DNA from: Lysobacterales bacterium | GTDB lineage: Bacteria; Pseudomonadota; Gammaproteobacteria; Xanthomonadales; SZUA-36 | Length of the DNA: 53,765 nt | Reading direction: 5' to 3' | NCBI GenBank assembly: GCA_026196445.1 | Contig: JAPHTE010000293.1 | Coordinates: forward strand, 1-53,765 | Shown: positions 49,223 to 53,765 of the stretch, one piece after another | Position numbering within the stretch: position 1 is the stretch's first letter | How the letters are laid out: each line of letters begins with the position of its first letter | Notes under the pieces: model-generated | Database searches by the model: none | What the model saw: the letters and a program-made list of their open reading frames with translations, nothing else | What the model was told of the DNA's origin: nothing | Translations under genes and position numbers: made by a program

Positions 49223-51139
49223 GTGAATTTCTTTGAATACCAGGACCAGGCGCGGCGCCAGAGCCGCTGGCTGGTACTCCTGTTCTTCCTGGCCGTGGTC
49301 ACGATCATTGTCGTAATCGACTTTGCCATCCTGGTAGCTTTCGGTGTGATGGACATCGAGCAGCAGGGATTGTTGAGCGTTCATACCTTCCAGTCCAACA
49401 TCGATACCCTGGTCATCGGCGCCGTGGTGACGACGCTGGTGATCGTACTGGCCAGCCTGTTCAAAACCCTCGCATTGCGTTCGGGTGGTGGCAAAGTCGC
49501 GCGCGACCTCGGGGGTATCCGGGTCGAGGCGGACGCCAGCGATCCCTTGCGCAGACGCCTGTACAACGTGGTGGAGGAAATTGCGCTCGCCTCGGGCGTC
49601 GCAGTACCGGAGGTCTATGTGCTGGAACAGGAGTCCGCGATCAACGCCTTCGCGGCCGGTTTTTCACCGGCGGATGCCGCGGTCGCCGTGACCCGGGGCG
49701 CGCTGGAAAAGCTGGACCGCAACGAACTGCAGGGCGTCATCGCGCACGAGTTCAGTCATATATTCAATGGTGATATGCGCTTGAACATCCGCCTGATGGG
49801 CGCACTGTTCGGTATCCTGGTATTGTCGCTGATAGGCCGTCGCGTTTTGCGTGGTTCCTATTACATGGGCCGCTCAAAGAACAGCAACGGCGGGGCCATC
49901 GTGCTGTTGGCAGTCGCGGTCGCGCTGGTGGGTTACATCGGCTTGTTCTTCGGCCGCTGGATAAAATCCGCCGTTTCGCGTCAGCGCGAATACCTGGCCG
50001 ATGCATCGGCTGTCCAGTTCACGCGCGACCCGGACGGTATCGCCGGCGCGCTCAAGAAGATCGCCGTGTACAGCGATGCTTCCTACCTGAATACCGAAAC
50101 CGAGGAAGTCAGCCATATGTTGTTCGGTGCTGGCGAAGCGGCAAGTATGTTCTCCACCCACCCGCCGTTGAACGAACGGATTCAGCGCATTGATAAAAGT
50201 TTCACACCTCAGGACCTGGTGACGCTGGCCAGCAGTCTGCAGCGCCGTGATAAATCCCAGGCCGAGCAAGCCGAGCGTGAACGGGAAAAAACCAGGCAGC
50301 GCGGACATGGTTTTTTTGATGCCGATAACCTGGTCGACCAGATCGGTAACCCGGATTTTTCCAGGGTCCTGATGGCAGCGGCGTTGGCGGCGTCTATTCC
50401 CGACGTCATCAACAAGGCGGCACATTCCAGCCAGTGGGCCACGGAAGTATTGTTGTATTGCCTGTTGGACAAGGACGAGGAAATTCGTGAGCGGCAATTA
50501 TTGCTGATCGCACAAAACCTCGGCAGTGACTCCGAGACCCGGGTTCGCAACCTGGTGGAAGCAGCACCGGTGCTGGGCAGGGAGCAGCGATTGCCCTTAA
50601 TGGAGATGGCCATCCCCGAACTCAAGCGCAGACCGCCGGACCAGGTCAGCAAGGTGTTGGGTGTGGTCAAGGACCTGAGCAGGATCGATGGCCAGGTCGA
50701 CATGTTCGAATACCTGATGGCAGGCATCATAGGACAGCACCTGTGGGAGTCTGCAAACCCGCATAGCGTCAGGCTGGCCGGTAAGAAGTCGCTGCAGCAG
50801 GTGCAGGCTGAAGCACAGCAGGTGATCGCGCTCCTGGCTGTCAATGGCCAAAGGGAGTCCGCTGAGATCCAACACGCCTACCAAGCAGGAATGAAAACAT
50901 TGGGAATGGTGGAATCGCTGGAGATGCCGGACACAGAAGACTGGGCCGGTATGCTGGACCGGGCCTTACCTCTGCTCGATCAACTTAAACCGGCGGACAA
51001 GCAGAAGCTGGTCAATGCCCTGATTGCCACCGTGATGGCGGACAACCGGTTGGCGGTTGCTGAAATGGAGTTGCTGCGGATCATTTGCCTGGTCATTCAC
51101 GTACCGTTGCCCATGCTCAGCCGTGGTAAAGATAACTGA
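49223..51139 (+). CDS. M48 family zinc metallopeptidase (HtpX-like) with a ~300-aa C-terminal extension
   Basis: 638 aa, GTG start. It begins MNFFEYQDQARRQSRW, followed by TM helices. The HEFSH zinc motif is at 49745-49759, with REYLADASAVQFTRDP downstream. The C-terminal part contains two TerB/DjlA-N-like helical repeats (RIDGQVDMFEYLMAGII and MADNRLAVAEMELLRIICLVI). Confidence 0.85.
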   Translation: MNFFEYQDQARRQSRWLVLLFFLAVVTIIVVIDFAILVAFGVMDIEQQGLLSVHTFQSNIDTLVIGAVVTTLVIVLASLFKTLALRSGGGKVARDLGGIRVEADASDPLRRRLYNVVEEIALASGVAVPEVYVLEQESAINAFAAGFSPADAAVAVTRGALEKLDRNELQGVIAHEFSHIFNGDMRLNIRLMGALFGILVLSLIGRRVLRGSYYMGRSKNSNGGAIVLLAVAVALVGYIGLFFGRWIKSAVSRQREYLADASAVQFTRDPDGIAGALKKIAVYSDASYLNTETEEVSHMLFGAGEAASMFSTHPPLNERIQRIDKSFTPQDLVTLASSLQRRDKSQAEQAEREREKTRQRGHGFFDADNLVDQIGNPDFSRVLMAAALAASIPDVINKAAHSSQWATEVLLYCLLDKDEEIRERQLLLIAQNLGSDSETRVRNLVEAAPVLGREQRLPLMEMAIPELKRRPPDQVSKVLGVVKDLSRIDGQVDMFEYLMAGIIGQHLWESANPHSVRLAGKKSLQQVQAEAQQVIALLAVNGQRESAEIQHAYQAGMKTLGMVESLEMPDTEDWAGMLDRALPLLDQLKPADKQKLVNALIATVMADNRLAVAEMELLRIICLVIHVPLPMLSRGKDN

Positions 51140-51215
51140 CCCCTGTTTACAGGTCTGGTAAGTCATTATCAGAGCGATTTATACTCGAATCTGCCGCTCA
51201 CAGAAGAGGTTATCA

Positions 51216-52403
51216 GTGTTACATTCACTACTTGTTGGTATCAAAAAACCTTTTCTTAAACACTTCCCGGTGCCAACACCCGAGTGCATCACAGGTGCGC
51301 AGTCTGTTAAGCGAATTGCGGATCAGCTGAACCGCTATAAAGGCACGTGTCCATTGATTGTCACGGACAATGTCCTACTGGAGTTGGGGTTGATTTCACC
51401 GGTTTTTAAGTCATTGGACTCAAACGGCATTGCATATCATGTGTTCTCGGAAATCGAGCCCGACCCTGATTTTGAAGCAGTGAGGATGGGTGTTGAACGA
51501 TATCAACAGAAGAAATGCGACAGCTTGATCCTCATTGGTGGCGGCTCGGTCCTTGATTGTGGCAAAGCGATTGCTGCATCGGTCGCCAAGAAAAAGGACA
51601 TCGGCAGGTTGGTAGGCTTGCTCAGGGTTCATCGTACTGTGCCCCCGATGATTGCCATCCCAACCACCGCAGGCACTGGTTCTGAATGTACCGTTGCGGC
51701 AGTGATAACCGATCGTCAACAGCGTATCAAGAAAGTGGTCGCTGACCCATTCCTGGTGCCCAAATGCGCAATTCTCGATCCCACACTAATGACAGGCTTA
51801 CCCGCGCAGATAACGGCTCACACGGGTATCGATGCACTCACCCATGCGATTGAGTCTTACCTGAGTGGTTATGCGGGACGCTTCAGCAAAAAACAGAGCA
51901 TCCAGGCCATTAAGGCTGTTTTTTCCAATCTGCCAGTTGCCTATGAAAATGGACAGGACCTGGATGCCCGCGAGGCCATGGCGCTGGCCAGTTATCAAGC
52001 CGGCCTGGCGTTTACCCGCACTTACGTCGGTTATGTCCATGCCATCGCACACCAGCTTGGTGCGATTTACCACGTGCCGCATGGGCTGGCAAATGCGATT
52101 GTGTTGCCCGAAGTCCTTGCCTATTGCCGGCCAAAGATAGACCACCAACTCGCTGAACTCGCCCGTGAAGCCAATATCAGTGACAGTCCTGACAACGCGC
52201 AGGCCGCTTCAGTTTTCATGGAGGAACTCAACGGTCTGCTGCAAAAGCTCGATATTCCGAAAACTGTGGCGGCAATGAAATCATCTGAAATCGATCAGAT
52301 TGCTCAAAGGGCACTTGAAGAAGCTTTTGGACAATACCCGGTTCCAGTTCAACTGTGCCACACGCAAATTCGTGAAATATTACTCAGATTGTTACCGGCC
52401 TGA
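51216..52403 (+). CDS. Iron-containing (group III) alcohol dehydrogenase
   Basis: 395 aa with LILIGGGSVLDCGKAIA, IAIPTTAGTGSE, and metal ligands in GIDALTHAIESY and HAIAHQLGAIYHVPHGLANAI. GTG start preceded by AGAAGAGG. Confidence 0.88.
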   Translation: MLHSLLVGIKKPFLKHFPVPTPECITGAQSVKRIADQLNRYKGTCPLIVTDNVLLELGLISPVFKSLDSNGIAYHVFSEIEPDPDFEAVRMGVERYQQKKCDSLILIGGGSVLDCGKAIAASVAKKKDIGRLVGLLRVHRTVPPMIAIPTTAGTGSECTVAAVITDRQQRIKKVVADPFLVPKCAILDPTLMTGLPAQITAHTGIDALTHAIESYLSGYAGRFSKKQSIQAIKAVFSNLPVAYENGQDLDAREAMALASYQAGLAFTRTYVGYVHAIAHQLGAIYHVPHGLANAIVLPEVLAYCRPKIDHQLAELAREANISDSPDNAQAASVFMEELNGLLQKLDIPKTVAAMKSSEIDQIAQRALEEAFGQYPVPVQLCHTQIREILLRLLPA

Positions 52404-52445
52404 CCCGGGGTTATCACGGTGGCAAATCAGGTATAGTGCGCACAA

Positions 52446-53705
52446 ATGTTCAACCTGATTAACATCAAGAAAGGCGAGTGGCGGCGCTTCCTGCTGGCGT
52501 TCAGCTATTTCTTTTTCCTGCTGGCGGGCTATTTCATGCTGCGACCAATCCGGGGCACGGTTGCGGCCAATCACTCTGAATCCCTGCACTGGTTGTATAC
52601 CGGGACGTTCATATCCATGTTGCTGATCGTGCCTGTCTTTGGCTGGCTGGTATCAAAATTCCGGCGCGGCCGGTTCATCCCGGGAATCTATCTGTTTTTT
52701 ATTTCCAACCTGGTCTTTTTTGCCTTTGCCTTTGCTTTCAAGGGTGATGCGACCTCCGACTGGGTACAATACGGTTTTTATATCTGGCTCAGTGTTTTCA
52801 ACCTGTTCGTGGTGTCTATCTTCTGGAGCTTCATGGCGGATATTTTCCACCCGGACCAGGCCCAGCGATTGTTTGGCAGCATCATGGCCGGTGGCAGCCT
52901 CGGTGCTATTGCCGGACCGCTGCTGACGGCAAACCAGGTCTCACGGATTGGTTCGGGCGGGGTCATGATGGTCGCCATCGTCTTCCTGCTGGTGGCCACG
53001 GCCCTGGCGATTGCCCTTGGCCGCTACGAACGGCAGGTACAAAGGGACAAGGCCAGCAAGGTCATCGGTGGTGGTATCTGGGAAGGGGCCGTACAGGTGT
53101 TCAAATCAAAATACCTGCTGCTGATCTGCCTGTTGATGTTATCGCACAACCTGACCTCGACTTTCCTGTATAACGGCCTGGCGGTGCTGGTCGACGCCAA
53201 CATCATCGGTTTCGATGAACGAACCCAATTCTTCAGCTATGTCGACCTGATCGTGCAGGTGCTGGCATTTCTGTTCCAGTTCCTGATTACGTCGCGTCTG
53301 GTCATTTTCCTGGGTATGCCGCGTACCGCGATTTTACCACCGGTGTTGCTGGCGGCAGGTTTTACGCTGTTGGGCAGTTCGCTGGGCCTGGTACTGTTTG
53401 CCGCAGTCCAGGTTGCGCAGCGGGCGATGAATTACGGATTGCTCGGTCCAGTCAAGGAAATGCTGTTTACCGTGGTGGACAGGGAGACCAAGTACAAGAG
53501 CAAGAATTTCATCGACACCGTGGTTTATCGTGGCAGTGACGTGACCGCCAGTTGGCTGTTCAAGGGCATGATGACCGCCGGTTTGAGTATCGGCCAGATC
53601 GCGTGGCTGTACATTCCTGTCATGGGCGTGTGGGCCGTGGGTGCCTGGCACCTCGGCAAGAGTTACACCCGTTTGAAACAGCGGCTGGAATCAACCGCCA
53701 GCTAA
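52446..53705 (+). CDS. Polytopic MFS-type transporter resembling the TLC (ATP/ADP translocase, Npt) family
   Basis: 419 aa with about 11-12 hydrophobic helices. The N-terminal EWRRFLLAFSYFFFLLAGYFMLRPIRGT and FYIWLSVFNLFVVSIFWSFMADIFHPDQAQRLFGSIMAGGSLGAIAGP follow the pattern of TLC-family motifs (LR..KD; FW.FAN.I...EAKRFY). Confidence 0.6.
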   Translation: MFNLINIKKGEWRRFLLAFSYFFFLLAGYFMLRPIRGTVAANHSESLHWLYTGTFISMLLIVPVFGWLVSKFRRGRFIPGIYLFFISNLVFFAFAFAFKGDATSDWVQYGFYIWLSVFNLFVVSIFWSFMADIFHPDQAQRLFGSIMAGGSLGAIAGPLLTANQVSRIGSGGVMMVAIVFLLVATALAIALGRYERQVQRDKASKVIGGGIWEGAVQVFKSKYLLLICLLMLSHNLTSTFLYNGLAVLVDANIIGFDERTQFFSYVDLIVQVLAFLFQFLITSRLVIFLGMPRTAILPPVLLAAGFTLLGSSLGLVLFAAVQVAQRAMNYGLLGPVKEMLFTVVDRETKYKSKNFIDTVVYRGSDVTASWLFKGMMTAGLSIGQIAWLYIPVMGVWAVGAWHLGKSYTRLKQRLESTAS

Positions 53706-53765
53706 AAACCGCCGGCCTGAGGAGGTTTGCACGGACTCTACCGGGCACTGGTAGAGCCATTCGAG

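Overview
This 53.8-kb window looks like ordinary chromosomal core DNA from a moderately GC-rich gammaproteobacterium. Its synteny resembles Pseudomonas and Xanthomonas: gshB lies divergent from pilG, and the PBP1A gene lies divergent from pilMNOPQ. I support about 42 protein-coding genes.

From left to right these are:
- a type IV pilus chemosensory (Pil-Chp) cluster on the minus strand: chpA (partial), pilJ, pilI, pilG
- gshB, a tonB-like gene, yqgE, ruvX
- a LytTR response regulator with no adjacent kinase, then comM
- glnB, a HIBADH-family dehydrogenase, and a membrane-anchored TPR protein
- the stringent-response/housekeeping block recG, ridA, spoT, rpoZ, gmk, yicC
- rph, rdgB, hemW, a type-B L31 gene, gltA
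- a conserved hypothetical gene that overlaps the 3' end of mrcA (PBP1A)
- pilM, pilN, pilO, pilP, pilQ
- a SixA-like phosphatase and pepN
- two hypothetical lipoproteins and a second TPR protein
- mnmG, a DAACS-family symporter, glnS
- lemA plus an M48 peptidase, an iron-type alcohol dehydrogenase, and a TLC/MFS-like transporter

I saw no rRNA, tRNA, CRISPR array, transposase, integrase or phage gene. I did not find a convincing new multi-gene system.

The observations most worth a second look are:
- a single in-frame TAG inside an otherwise intact PBP1A gene
- an extremely Tyr/Trp/His-rich and Arg/Asp-rich lipoprotein, one of three uncharacterised envelope-targeted genes in a row
- two paralogous membrane-anchored TPR proteins with the same domain architecture
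- a hypothetical gene with a degenerate nucleotidyltransferase-like motif, translationally overlapped with mrcA
- a perfect 16-bp palindrome in the mrcA-pilM divergent promoter region

The ORF track renders GTG and TTG starts as M. Several genes here appear to use non-ATG starts, so start coordinates are less certain than stop coordinates.
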